From Chiloscyllium plagiosum (taxonomy: Eukaryota), in contig NW_025215130.1 in assembly GCF_004010195.1 (NCBI RefSeq), positions 12,577 to 57,669 on the forward strand: a stretch of 45,093 nt of DNA, read 5' to 3'. The notes beneath the pieces are model-generated. The model worked only from the letters and a program-made list of their open reading frames with translations. It was not told where the DNA came from and made no database searches. Position 1 is the first letter of the stretch, and each line of letters begins with the position of its first letter. The position numbers and the translations under genes are program-made. Shown here one piece after another: positions 1-11,728 of the stretch.

Positions 1-761
1 AAGCAACGAAGAGAACAGCATCGAGAACATGCAGGGACAGAAATTGATCGGTAAGAAGACAGGTGCGGTGTGGATCCTGACCGAGCATGACCAGTAACAG
101 ATTAGGAAAGATCAAAGAATGAAAAGATCACACAGACAGAATGGATAAAAACACAGGAAGAAGCAGTTGAATGTTTGAGAGGAGACTGTGTATTGCAAAG
201 TTGAGTTGGAGGGCCAAATCCCAAACGTCAGTGTCTGGGAGAGGTTCACAGCGAGGGATGGAGAATAAATTGGAAGGACATGAAGAGAATAAATGTTACT
301 GAGATGTTTGGAAGAAGCTGTGAAAGTAATAACCCATGCTCAATAATTCATGGGAAAATCTGTGTTTTGTTTCCTTTTACAATATCGTCTTATTGTGTTG
401 ATATTTCAAGTTGGCCTCACTTTCTGCAGCTTTTTTCTCTTTCCGTATGTCAGTTTCTTTCATCAATGTGCCACTATTGAGAAGTTTAAATTGCATTTGT
501 GACCAAGCTGGAACAGTTTGTCAAACCCACAACTTTGAAACTGAGCGGAAATAGATGTTGTTCAAACAGAAATCGCGAAAACACCAGTCTTATGGGCTGG
601 AATGTAATTTCATTCCATACCAATCAGCCGTGTGGAATTATTTAACGTTGGTTACTTAGTCACTAACATCAAAGGCCAAGGAGATTAATGATTGATATAG
701 ATCTCGAACCATTTACTCGAAGTTCACTTTCATGAAACATTGCTGCAGAAGTGCCCTTCAC

Positions 762-1068
762 AGATTTCCCAATGTGGAACAAGTGCACACGGACCCACCG
801 AAGAGTAACCCACCCAGACCTATTTATCTACTCTGTTACTTTAGATTTACCACTGAATTTTTCACCTAATCTTCACATCCCTTAAAACTATGAACAACTT
901 CGCTTGACCGATTCACCTGACGTGCACGTCTTTGGAAGTTGAATAGAAAGACACTCAAACATGGTGAGAAAGTGCAAACTCCGAACAGGCTGTCGCCGTA
1001 GGCTGCAGTTAAACCCGGTTCCGTAGCGCTGTGTAGCAGCATTGCTAACCACTGAGCCACAACGCCAC
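762..1068 (-). mobile_element. HE1-type tRNA-derived SINE (degenerate)
   Basis: The minus strand starts GTGGCGTTGTGGCTCAGTGGTTAGCAATGCTGCTACACAGCGCTACGGAACCGGGTTTAACT (A/B-box head), followed by the V-SINE-like core GGAGTTTGCACTTTCTCACCATGT. It matches the better-preserved copy at 14000-14307. Confidence 0.85.
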
Positions 1069-1289
1069 GAAGTTTGCTTTGCCTTACGTTGTAGGCTCAC
1101 TTGTTAGAAGTGTGTTAGCACAACAAATATCGTAATCTCAGAACATTTAACAATACTGAAAAAAAAATCAAATCCATTCACAGCAGGTTAAATTTGAATT
1201 CATTGAAAAAATTTCACTTAATGGCGGATTTTCTCCTTGTTTCCTTTAGTGGAAGAAAACAGTTGGCCGACATGTGACTCCGGAAGAGA

Positions 1290-2640
1290 CAAAATATAAC
1301 ACGACATGCAGATGCTAAAATCCAAGGTAGACAAGCAGGAGGCTGAAAGAACAAAGCATGCCGCGCAGCATCAGCAGATAGAGATATCAATCTTTCAGGG
1401 TAACACTCATCTCGGCCTGCAGGTGGGTGTAAGTACACCTGCTGATTAAGGGGAGCCGTGGGAAACGGGAGCAGTGTGGTGAGGTAAGGACGGGTGAATT
1501 ACAAGTTGAGGACATGATGCTGTAGCTCGTTGAGTAGCAAGGCAATTGTTTGATTTCTGAATGAAAGTGTTGATTAGTCGAATGGATGGGAGATGTAGAG
1601 GCCTGGGACTGGTGTTGATGGATGGGAAGGGAAGCTGTTTGAAAGTAGAAAATGCAATGTTATGTCTACAGACTGTCATCTCCACAGGCGGAAGATGAGG
1701 TGGTCTTTCCCACAATATGTGGTCTGATTCGCTGTGGCAAAGTACGAGGCTAAGGATGGTCATGTTGGAAACGTATTGTGAAAGCGAATTACAATGGACA
1801 GTGACTGGGAGATCAGGTCAGAACCTATAGGCCGGGCTAAGATGCTCAGCAAAATGTGGCCTCACTTAACGTTTTGTCGCAGCGATGTATCGAGATCACT
1901 GGATACAATAAACTACTTTGGAAGAATTACAGGTGAACATTTATCTCACCGGGAAGGTCTTTCTGGGGCCAGGAATGGAGGTGAAGGAGTGGTGGTGCCA
2001 ACAGATTTTGATTGTCTTTTGTTCGTAGGGGATGGTTGCTTGAGCTTCGTGGGTGTTGGTTGGGCATATGGCTTGAAAGAAATATGCAACAGAATGATAC
2101 TTGCGTTATGCAGGATGAGGTGGAGAGAGCAAGATACTCTTTGTGGAGCGGTCTAATTAGAATTGGCAGAACTGTTTTAGGATGATAGGTTAGATGCGGA
2201 GTCTGGTCGGATGCTACGTGAGGACACAGTTGGACCCATTTTTATGGCGTTTAAAGGGAATTGAGAGTAGTAAATCGGGGTTTGGAGGAGGTGCGCCGAA
2301 GGCTGTTTCGATGGTAGAGGGGTGAATAACACGTTAATCCAAATCGATGGACATCTGTAAAGTTTGCAAGTGGAATGTCTCCACATCCAAGTACATGCCA
2401 TGTCGTCCGAGAAATTGGGAGAATTCGGTGGGCTTCTTGCAGGGAAGAGGTGTTGTCCAAATAGCGATGAGAATCTGTGGATTTACAGTTACCATCCGCC
2501 TCGAGACTGTACCCAAGATCGACATGGCGATGTCAGGACACTGGGGTGTGTTTTCCGAGATACACCAAGTGTGACTCCAGCAATATGCCTCATTGTAAAC
2601 TGTCTGGAAGCATTTGTGGGGAACGAATAAAGCCTGACAC
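1290..2640 (-). mobile_element. Penelope-like element fragment (3' terminal repeat, GIY-YIG region and RT thumb), probably Neptune-like
   Basis: Frameshifted minus-strand peptides CKPTDSHRYLDNTSS...EFSQFL...ETFH match the PLE RT thumb (KPTDSHxYLDYxSSHP...IPFSQFLR). The terminal repeat GCAGATGCT...GCAGCATC at 1308-1420 is shared with other copies in the window. Confidence 0.75.
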
Positions 2641-2828
2641 ATCATGATACTTCATGCATGAACTATATATAAAATACTTGCATTCCCGTTTCAATGATTC
2701 TGAAAGACCTGCTTCTATCAAACTGTCTTCACTGCAGTTTCATAACCCTTCCTTTTTTTAGAAACTGAAGGTTCGGTTCAAACGTGTTAGAATGTCTTAA
2801 TTCAATTTTCGCATCCCTCATGCATTCT

Positions 2829-3048
2829 TGATTTGGAGATGCTGGTGTTGGACTGGGGTGTACAATTTTAAAAATCACACAACACCAGGTTACAGTCCAA
2901 CAGGTTTGATTGGAGGCACACCAGCTTTCGGTACGTCGCTCCTCCATCAGGTGATTGACTATCACCTAATGAAGGAGCGACCCTCCAAAATCTAGTGTGC
3001 TTCCAAATAAACCTGTTGGACTATAACCTGGTGTTGCGTGATTTGTAA
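2829..3048. mobile_element. Non-autonomous PLE-derived fold-back element with 13-bp target-site duplication
   Basis: Inverted arms at 2872-2955 and 2961-3044 surround a 5-nt centre. The direct repeat CCTCATGCATTCT lies at 2816-2828 and 3049-3061. Each arm has a decayed hammerhead motif. Same family as 34161-34361. Confidence 0.85.
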
Positions 3049-4064
3049 CCTCATGCATTCTGTTTTGCATACCACAACCTCTCGTTCCACTTAACATGTC
3101 AAAAGGAATCAATTGCCATCAGTGTTGCCCAGCTTTTAAACTGGCGCCAGATCCGATCTTGTACTATTGGATACACTGATTAAGAAATCACATTGTCGGT
3201 TACATACTTCTCTGCATTTTAATTCAGCCAATCAAATAGATTCCATGCATCTTTAATCATTTTCGGTACTGAGTAAATAAATGTTAAGCAATAATTTATC
3301 AAAGAATACTCGAAAGAAATAGTGACAAAAATATCGTCCTTTGTCATAGAAGGGGCGGAAAATGAAAACAATTTCAACCTAGATATTGTTAATTGCGTCC
3401 GTGATCTCCATATGGTCAGAAAGATCAAATTATGTTACTGTCTGTTTAAATTAACCTTCTTTTCAGTGTTATCCTGTTCGCTGAAAGTGTTCTTTGATAC
3501 TGTTGGATACACTCATTGATAAAACATTTCATCCTTTCCTGACGTCACTTCATTCTACTTCTCGTGATTTGCTTTCTCGAGGAAATAAATGAAAAGTTAT
3601 ATTTCTTTTGTACCAAAGGAAATTTAACTTAAATGGTGCGCATGCCATTTTTTTGCCTCATTGGAGGTGCAGAAAGCAAACAAATTATCAAGCTGGATAT
3701 GTTTATTGTGCCCTTGTCTTCGTGTCTGACCAGAAATATCTGACATTATCTTTCTGTGACTTTCAGTTAAACTCAGTAGAGTTGTCATCCTGGCCCCTCG
3801 GTAACTGTTCTTTGGTTAAATGCATATTTCACTATATCCTGGTCGCTTTCACGCACCTTATACTGAGGTGAGTAGATGCAATTTGTTTCCGTGATTCATT
3901 CCTGCTTATTCCACCTGCTTGTTCTCTCACGACCAGCTTGAGCTTTGCAACCACCGTTGTATTTCTCTGGCACACTGGGGCTGTCACCTGTGATCGATTC
4001 GTGGCCATTTAATGTGAGACGCTGGAAAACAATGCACTGCACAGGAACAAAACAACTGAGGTTA

Positions 4065-5515
4065 CAACATAGATCAGAAAGGACCACAGCGCAGTCCAGG
4101 CCCTTCAGCCCTCGATGTTGCGGCGACCTATGAAACCCATCTAAACTACACTATTCCATTTGCCTTCATATATTTGCATTCAATGACCATTTAAATGCCC
4201 TTAAAATTGGGGAGTCGACTACTGTTGCTGGCAGTCCGTTACACGCCCCAACTACTCTCCGAGGGAAGAAACTACCTCTGATATCTGTCCTACATCAATT
4301 TCCCCTTAATTTAAAGCTACGTCATCTCGTGCTACCAATCACTAACGAAAGAGCAAGGCTCTCCCTGTCTACCTCAACTAACCCACTGGTCTTTTTACAT
4401 ATCTGAATTAAGTCACCTCTTAACCTTCTTCAATCTCAGGAAAATAGCCTAAAGTCACTCAACCTTTCCTCGTCATATATTTCTCCATAACAGGCAAGAT
4501 TCTTGGAAATCTCCTCTGAACAGTTTACAAAGCCTCCACATCCTTCCTGTAATACAGTCGCCAGAAATGTACACAATACTCAAAGTGCGACCGCACCAGA
4601 TATTTGCGTAGCTGCAGCATGACCTCATGGCTCTGAAACTCAAATACTCTCCCAATAAAAGCTAATACACCGTATGCTTTCTCAACTAGTCTATCAACTC
4701 GGCTGGCAACTTTCAGGGATCGATGTATCCACAGGTACACTAAGATATCTCTGTTTATCTACAATGCCAAGAATCTTATCATGAAACCAATACCCTGCAT
4801 TTCGGTTACGCCTTCTAAAGTGTGTCAGGTCATATTTTTCCAAATTAACCTCCATTTGCCAAATCTCAGCACAGGTATGCAGCTTATCTATCCTCCTCTT
4901 TATCCTGCAACACTCTTCGGCACTATCCACAACTTTACTGATCTTAGTGTCATCTGCAAATATATTAACCCATCCTTCTACGCTCTCATTCATATCATTT
5001 GTGAAAAGGACCAACCGCAGTGGCACCAAAACAGATCATAAGGTACATTACTACTAACCGAACTCCAGGATGAAGACTTCTTATGAACTACAACTCTTTG
5101 CCTTCTTTCAGCTAGGCAATTTCTAATTCAAATCTCTAAAGCACCCTCAATACCTCGCCTCCGTATTTTCTGGAATAGCTCACCGTGGGGAAACTTATCA
5201 AACATCTCACTGAAGCCCATATACACCACATCAACCGTTTTACCCTCATCTAACAATTTGGTCACCTTCTCATAGAATTCAATAAAGATTGTGAGGAAAG
5301 ACCTACCCTCTATAAAACAGTGTTGACAATCAGTAATCAGCGTCTTCCTTTCTTGATCACGAGAAATGCTACCTCTTATACTCTTTTCCAACACTTTACC
5401 CACAACAATAGAAAGGAACACCTTTCTATAATTTCCACTCCCCTTCTTGAACAAGTAATCAACATTTCCTATCCCACAGTGTTCCGTCAATAGTCCTGTC
5501 GACAATGACAACATT
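4065..5515 (-). mobile_element. CR1/HER1-type LINE, 5'-truncated (RT domain and 3' UTR)
   Basis: ORF fragments QHCFIEGRSFLT...DVVYMGFSEMFDKFPH, NIFADDTKI and LVRSHFEYCVHFW are CR1 ORF2 RT motifs. The 3' UTR stem (GGCCCTTCAGCCCTCGATGTTG on the + strand) is near 4100. Confidence 0.92.
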
Positions 5516-6072
5516 GTTCTTTCAAATGTGAGTGCACAGGGATGTTTGGTTTTATAGTTGGCAGTGTTCCCTTGGAATGAGACTGAAACTCATCTTTGTT
5601 GATTACGCGTCATGGACCGTAATTGTCACGTTTGATTTAATGTTAACTCCCCTTATCACGTTCTTTCTTGTTTTTCTGCTCAGTGTTCTGACAGTCAGAC
5701 GCATTGTAGATTATGGCATGGGCTCCAGCACTGAAGCGTTGCAGAGAATCGGAACGACTAAGATTGCAGAAGTGAAGCAGTTTGATTATTCTACTTTTTA
5801 GCATATTTGATACTTGCGTGGTTTTATTGGCGATTCCGCTTGTTTCTGATATGTATTTGTAAATTGCAATTTTGAACTTCATACCTCTGGCTCAGATCTC
5901 CACAATGTTGGAAAACGTGCTTCGGCCATGATACAGCTCTTCAGTGTATTTGCCAACAATTCATTTACACTGCAAGACAGCAACAATTCAGAAGTAAGCT
6001 CAATAACAGTGTAAAACATTCACTGAAGTGCATTGTAAACTTAGTAATAGCTTGAACTTGTTTATCTTGACA

Positions 6073-6205
6073 GCAGGAGAAAGTGAGGACTGCAGATGCT
6101 TGAGGTCAGAGCTGAAAATGTGTTGCTGGAAAAGCGCAGCACGTCAGGCAGCATCCAAGGTGCAGGAGAATCGACGTTTTGTGCATAAGGCCTTCTTCAA
6201 GAAGG
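6073..6205 (-). mobile_element. Short PLE terminal-repeat insertion with decayed hammerhead
   Basis: Sequence GAAAGTGAGGACTGCAGATGCT...GGCAGCATC...TCGACGTTTT...CCTTCTTCAAG. The minus strand reads TTGAAGAAGGCCTTATGCACAAAACGTC, a decayed CUGANGA...GAAACGUC. Flanked by TATCTTGACA at 6063-6072 and 6206-6215. Confidence 0.75.
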
Positions 6206-6215
6206 TATCTTGACA

Positions 6216-6742
6216 AGATTTGTAGCTCGGGTGTTCGTTGTTGTGGTTCCCTTCGCTGAGCTGGGAATTTGTGTTGCAGACGTTTCGTCCCCTGTCTAGA
6301 TGACATCCTCAGTGCTTGGGAGCCTCCTGTGAAGCGCTTCTGTGATCTTTCCTCCGACATTTTTAGTGGTTTGAATCTGCTGCTTCCGGTTGTCAGTTCC
6401 AGCTCTCCGTTGCAGTGGTCGGTATATTGGGTCCAGGTCGATGTGCTTATTCATTGTATCTGTGGATGAGTGCCATGCCTCTAGCTATCCTTAGTAGACA
6501 CAGAGAGATGACAAGCAACATGAATTCGACTGGAACAACACTACTACTAAAGGACAAGCCAAAGAGAGAACAGCCTGGGAATTCCCAGAGGCATGGTACT
6601 CATCCACAGATTCAATCAATAAGCACATCGATCTGGACCCAATATACCGACCACTGCAACGGAGAGCTGGAGGATGTCACCGAGACAGGGGACGAAACGT
6701 CTGCAACACAAATTCTCAGCTCGGCGAACAGAACCACAACAA
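6216..6742. mobile_element. PLE (Poseidon-like) inverted-terminal fragment
   Basis: The left arm (about 6238-6483) is the reverse complement of the right arm (about 6586-6742), which has an internal deletion. The plus strand encodes the GIY-YIG C-terminus DDKQHEFDWNNTTTKGQAKERTAWEFPEAWYSSTDSINKHIDLDPIYRPLQR. Confidence 0.85.
6276..6315 (-). ncRNA. Minimal type I hammerhead ribozyme motif (intact core)
   Basis: Minus strand GCA-CUGAGGA-U-GUC(AUCUAGACAGGG)GAC-GAAAC-GUC-UGC: conserved core, stem II, palindromic ACGU stem III, GUC cleavage triplet and 3-bp stem I. Confidence 0.75.
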
Positions 6743-7149
6743 GTGTCTTGACAGTAGACTTGTTGCTGGCACGAATATGCTGACGGCAGCACTGAAACAA
6801 TGTCCAGGACAGAAAAAGCCTGAAGGTGAAAGAGCGTACACATATCACCCCAATCATTAACTGCTGCATTTTCTAAGTGAGTGACAAGGATAAGTTGGTA
6901 AATACCTTGAACTCACAAGCTGTGAATGAAACCCTGCTGAGTGGCTCCACTATTGTATATATGGTGCATTTATCTCTCCATTGTGTTATTGACTTTTTTT
7001 TTAATATGAATACCATGCACACTTAAACAATGACTTATATTTTCATCTCTGTGCACAACCAGCCAGTTAATAAAAAAGAACTCATTTTCGACAATGCTAT
7101 TTATTTCGTCGTTTCCTCTAACCCAGCAACAATTTCATGAGTGAGAATT

Positions 7150-7580
7150 ACATTTGAGGATCGAGAACAGTGGGATTCTGTATGGAGATATGTGGAAGAG
7201 GCTGATATTCTCGAACAGCGTAATGTTGAAACGGAAGATGTGCTGGACATTTTGAAAAGCATGGGAATGGATAAATCTCGTGGGCCAGAGTGGATACACT
7301 CTGGTTTCGTGGGGAAGTGAGGAAAGACATTGCTTTTTCGGCCATGATCTTTACTATGCACTGGAGTCGCAACAGATGATTGACTGTGGCAATAGACTCC
7401 TTCAAGAAAGGAATAGGGATACCGCTGTGAATTACAAACAAGTCAGAGTTATGCCTTTTGTGGGCACAAGATTGGAGAGGAATCTGATAGGACGGATTTA
7501 TGACTGTCTGTAAAAGCTTGGTTGGTGTAGCAATAGTCCGAATGGCTTTTGATTCAAAAGGTTTCACATTGGAAAGGCAG
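7150..7580 (+). mobile_element. CR1 LINE ORF2 fragment (N-terminal part of RT)
   Basis: Plus-strand remnants EDVLDILKSMGMDKSRGPEWIH...FKKG.RD.AVNYKQV match the CR1 K-S-x-G-P-D-x-I and LFKKG..NYRPVS motifs. The fragment ends where the adjacent PLE begins. Confidence 0.75.
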
Positions 7581-10390
7581 TTCAGGTCAGGCCGCATTCG
7601 AGGAGCAGGGAAATCGACATTTCAGACATCGGCCGGTCATCAAGATTGTGACAGGGAAGGGTGATGAGAGAGATGTCGGTCGGAATGGGTGTTAATGTGA
7701 AGGTAACTGGGAAGAAAATAGGTAGTTGCAGCAGTGAGTTGATCGTGATACATCGGAGAAGAAGATGGAACGCATAGACGGGAAGGAACATGGGCAGGTA
7801 AAACCGTAATGAGGACATGGCAAATTCTGCGTTGATGTCATGTCTTTGGATGTTGCAAGGTGGATGTTGAGGAGTTCTTCCTCCAGGCAACGTATGGCAA
7901 ACATTTGGAGAAGAAGGACGTCCAGAACTTGCATGTGACTTTACGGTGTGGGAGTGGGAGATGAAGTGGTCGTCTGCAGAGCACTGGGGTTGTTTGTTGC
8001 TTGTTTTCCAGAGATGATATCTAAAGCATTCCGCCAGTTCGAGAGTATCAGCCTCATTCACGCCCCTCCATACAGAATCGCGCTTTTCACGAGCCTCAAA
8101 TGTAGTACTCCCAAAGGACAAGCCACCATATCGAGATCAATGGACATAGCAGATGAGGTATTTGGGTGCGCAAGAATACGTCTACTGAATGTGAAAGGAT
8201 ATAGGGACTTGGAAAGAGGTGATGGCGTGGTGTGGGCACAGGTTTTTTTATCTCTTGCAGCCGGAAGGGAAATTGACTAGAGTGGAGTGTGGCATTTTGG
8301 GGACCGTGGACCAAACGAGAGAGTCGCAGAAGGAATGGTCTGTGTGGAATGCTGAGAGTGGGGATGGAAATATATCTCTGTTGGTGGGATCTGACAGTCG
8401 GTGTGGAAATGGCGGAGAAGAACACTTTTTATTGGTATATTGGTGGGATGGAAAGTGAGGACAATGGGGGGTTTCTTATTGCGTTTAGAGGGTTGGGTTC
8501 ATGGGCGAGGTAGGGAAGTCTGGAGGGTATTGTTGCCCCCGTAGAAAGTGGAAGTTGTTCTCCTTGAAATAGGAGGCCATTTGAGATGTTCAGGCACGGA
8601 AGTGCTCCATCTGGGAGCAAACGCGGCCAGGGCAGAGGAATTGGGATTAAGGCATAGCATTTTCACAGGACGGGGTGTGGGATGATGAGCAGTTCAAGTA
8701 GATGTGGGAGTGGGTAGGATTGAAGTTGATCTCCATTTTGCTGGAAATGGAAATTGAAATGTACAGGAAAGGGAGAGATGTGTCTGTGAAGGTAAGGGTG
8801 AACTGGAGGTCAGGGCTGTGGAGTTGATGATGTGTCAAAGTCTCCTCATGAAGCAGAAGCAGGCCTCCACGAAGTCACCAATACAGTTGGGGAGGAAAAT
8901 TTGTGGATTGGTGAAACGTTAACCACTGAAGATGTATTGTTCCACATATCCGCTGAACACGCAGGCATGGCAGGGAAACACATTGGAGCTCAAGTCTCCT
9001 TTTTAGATCTGAACAAAACGGCAGGATTCGAAGAAGACTTTGCTGAGGGTGAAGACAGGTTCTGCCACGTGAATGAATGTGCCGTTGGTGGGGGACTGGA
9101 AAGGATTGGTGGAAGACGAAGAAACTGATGGCTTGCATGATTTCACCATGATGGATGGATCTGTGCAGGGAACGGTTGTCCATGGTGAAGATGAGGCAAT
9201 AAAAACTGCGAAAAGGAAAGTCATGGAGGAGGGAGAGGGTGTGGGTGGTGACGCGAATGTATTGCGGAGTTATAAGACCAAGGGGGTATGGATGCTGTCA
9301 AGATATGAGAAAATAGGTTCGGTGGGGCAACAGCAGACACGGACGCTGCATCAACTGGAGCAGTCACGTTTGTGAATTTTGGGCAAGAGGTAGAACCATC
9401 TGGTGTGGGATTACGGGACGATGAGGTGGGAGGCTGTGGATGGGATATCCCTTGAAATGATAAGGTTGGAATTGTCTGTAAGATCATAGTTTAGTGATAG
9501 AGGTTGAGGCCGTGATCGAGAGAGCATCCGAGGAGGATTTCATGGGAATGCATCTGACATCAGCGGTGTCGAGATCTGACCACCACACTATCACAGTGCT
9601 CTCCTTTGTCCCTTGGTTTGATGGTTAATTTGGGTTTGCAGCGGAAGTAGTTAAGGATTGTGCATAGTGAGTGTGACAGGTTGGAGTGCGTGAAAGGAGT
9701 AGACAGGTTGAGGAGGTCAATTTAATGTCGGCAGTCGGAGATGAAGTGGGCGTGGCGGCTAACACACCAGCGTAGGGTGTTCAGTGGATGGGGTATATTG
9801 GAGGCAGGAGACCGAATCCTTCGAAGATGTGTGGGAGTCTTGATGTAAGCACAGAGACAGAGACAGCAGAAGAAAAAAATATGCTGGAACAAGTGTGGAA
9901 TCTCGGCGCAACATCGAGGGCCCAAGGGCCTGTACTGCGCTGTATTCTTCTATGTTCTATGTTCTATGTTCTATGGACCATGATGCAAGAAGATCCGACT
10001 TCCACTGAGGACTGAACGCACACTCGCAGTAAGGTGGAGGTCTGGGGATGAGAAAGAAAAAGTCGGCAAAGCTGCAGTTAAGCTCCTAGTAGCGTGATGC
10101 AGTTGGGAATGGGACGGAGACTGCCTCAGGAGCGGTTGTGGTCATGGTATCATTTGAGCTGTCATCAAATCATGTGCTGTTAACGGTACTGATCGTGGAC
10201 AGAAGTGGCGTATTCATTGGCATTCCCGGCGATGGACCGGACCTTACGTTGTCTTTGGTGGTGTTTGTGGTGATTGTCTTCAGCGGGAGTGGGAATATCT
10301 CGGTCGGCAGCAACCAAATGGGCGGAAATGGCGTTATGGGTAGCCTTGGTGGTGTCTTCAGCTGCGGTGGGACAACCCGCGTAAAATAAT
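7580..10390 (-). mobile_element. Penelope-like element, near full length but decayed (RT and GIY-YIG), probably Neptune-like
   Basis: Minus-strand remnants include PDLHLTASVRSVLS (N-terminal), HACVFSGYVEQYIF (RT), NPTHSHIYLNCSSSHTPSCENAMP (thumb) and LAECFRYHL...DHFISHSH (GIY-YIG). The 3' terminal repeat with a decayed hammerhead is at about 7585-7645. The 5' boundary is approximate. Confidence 0.85.
9903..9974 (+). mobile_element. Very short CR1 3'-end insertion nested in the PLE
   Basis: TCGGCGCAACATCGAGGGCCCAAGGGCCTGTACTGCGCTGTATTCTTC followed by (TATGTTC)n. It is the near reverse complement of the 3' end at 32670-32740. Confidence 0.8.
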
Positions 10391-10705
10391 ATATATCGCA
10401 TTCCTACAGTGTGATTGAGTTTAGGTCACAGAGCTCCCTCCTGAGTGGAACTGTGGCTGATCCAACAGCACATAAAAAGCAACAGTTCAATTAGGCAGCT
10501 TGCAACCACCTTATTACGGAGCTATTCCGGAGAGACAACCAATCCTCTCCAGCCCAGAAGAATAACACATTGCATCCACAAACAAGTACCTGACAGTACA
10601 ATGTAAAATTGAGATTCGTATATCTTTGGACAATTGTCTGATAAGCGAGCTTTTCAACTGAATTTGGTATCATTTAACTGTATTCTCCCATTATTCTGAA
10701 CTTTT

Positions 10706-10786
10706 CTTTTAGCGATGACACCGGATTTCTCAATCCCTTTATCAGTTCAATATCTTCCGTCTCTTATGGGTCTCGAGCAGTAATAC
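10706..10786 (+). pseudogene. Possible highly degenerate U2 snRNA 5' relic
   Basis: TTATCAGTTCAATATCT (10739-10755) matches U2 TTATCAGTTTAATATCT at 16/17. Upstream CTTTTAGCGATGA resembles CTTTTGGCTAAGA at near-correct spacing, and downstream CGTCTCTTAT/CGAGCAGTAATA resemble CGTCCTCTAT/CGAGGACAATA. The U2 sequence was recalled from memory. Confidence 0.3.
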
Positions 10787-11019
10787 GATTCGCTCCCCGC
10801 TCGCGGAGCTCCCTCGTTCTCATCTGCATTCATACGTATCTGGTCCTGCCCAGATCCACTCTTCTGTGAGCCATTCTGAACATCATGTCCCCAATCACAT
10901 TCTTACACTTCTATTCCAAAACGTTCCCCATCCTGTCCTGCATACCCCTGTCCTTGTCAAGTCTGTAGCGTGGTCCGATGTTGACGACTTGTCCACCTTG
11001 CTTCCTCATTATTACAGTA

Positions 11020-11085
11020 GCCTAGTGTTGTGTGATTTTTATTTTTGTACAAGCCTGTCCAACAGCAGCACCTCCAAAGCATGGC
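11020..11085. mobile_element. Fragment of the PLE-derived terminal family seen at 2829 and 34161
   Basis: Its reverse complement TTTGGAGGTGCTGCTGTTGGACAGGCTTGTACAAAAATAAAAATCACACAACACTAGG matches the start of the 2829 element. Confidence 0.65.
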
Positions 11086-11728
11086 TACCTCAAGTATAGA
11101 ATGAGTCAACGCTGAACACCAGTGGACACCGGAAGGCTGAGTAAGCGAGGTAATGTATTGGAGTGGTTGCTTTATCCGAAGCACTATTTATGTCGTGGTT
11201 CGCACCCATCGTCCTCCTTTGACAAATACTAAGTTCTCTGTGCGCCAAATTGGAAGAGGTTACTAGTCTATAATTTTCAGTCGTATCTTTGGGAATACAG
11301 GACAGTGGGAGTGGTTGTTGTGGCAGTTGATTGCTCCTTCTATAGAATGGGGGTGGTAAGAATCGCCACTGGTGTCCCCATTGACTTCAACGGCAGGACG
11401 CGCACACAACACTAGCTTCTTGGAATCTGCTTGAGGCAACTGGTGCTGGAGCTAGATGAAGTTTTGATCATTCGGGAGGCTGAAGGGGAAATTGAGAGGA
11501 GTTACAGGGAGGTAGTCACACCTCTCGAACAGGAAAAAGGTACATAGATTACAGTCAGACGATGGAAAGGGAAAAGGCAGACAATGCAGGAATCCCCTGT
11601 GGACTTCCCCCTCAGAAACAAGTATACCATTTTGTACGCATTTGAGAAGTCGATTTACCAGGGGTACCGTGCAGCTCAGGTCTCTGGCAGGCAGGCTGTC
11701 TCTGCTGCTCGGAAAAGCAGGGTGCGAG

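Noticed and set aside
762..785. GATTTCCCAATGTGGAAC resembles U1 snRNA
   Set aside because: Better explained as the 3' end of the adjacent minus-strand HE1 SINE (compare CAGTGTGGAAACAGG at about 14021).
3540..3547. TGACGTCA (CRE) sites here and at 39113-39120, with nearby CCAAT words
   Set aside because: Isolated short motifs with no CpG island or downstream exon. About one such 8-mer is expected by chance in 45 kb.
11140..11220. Possible tRNA-Ser-like relic (GGAGTGGTT...GTGGTTCGCACCCATC); similar weak B-box words near 30770, 39355 and 41297
   Set aside because: No cloverleaf or anticodon arm could be built.
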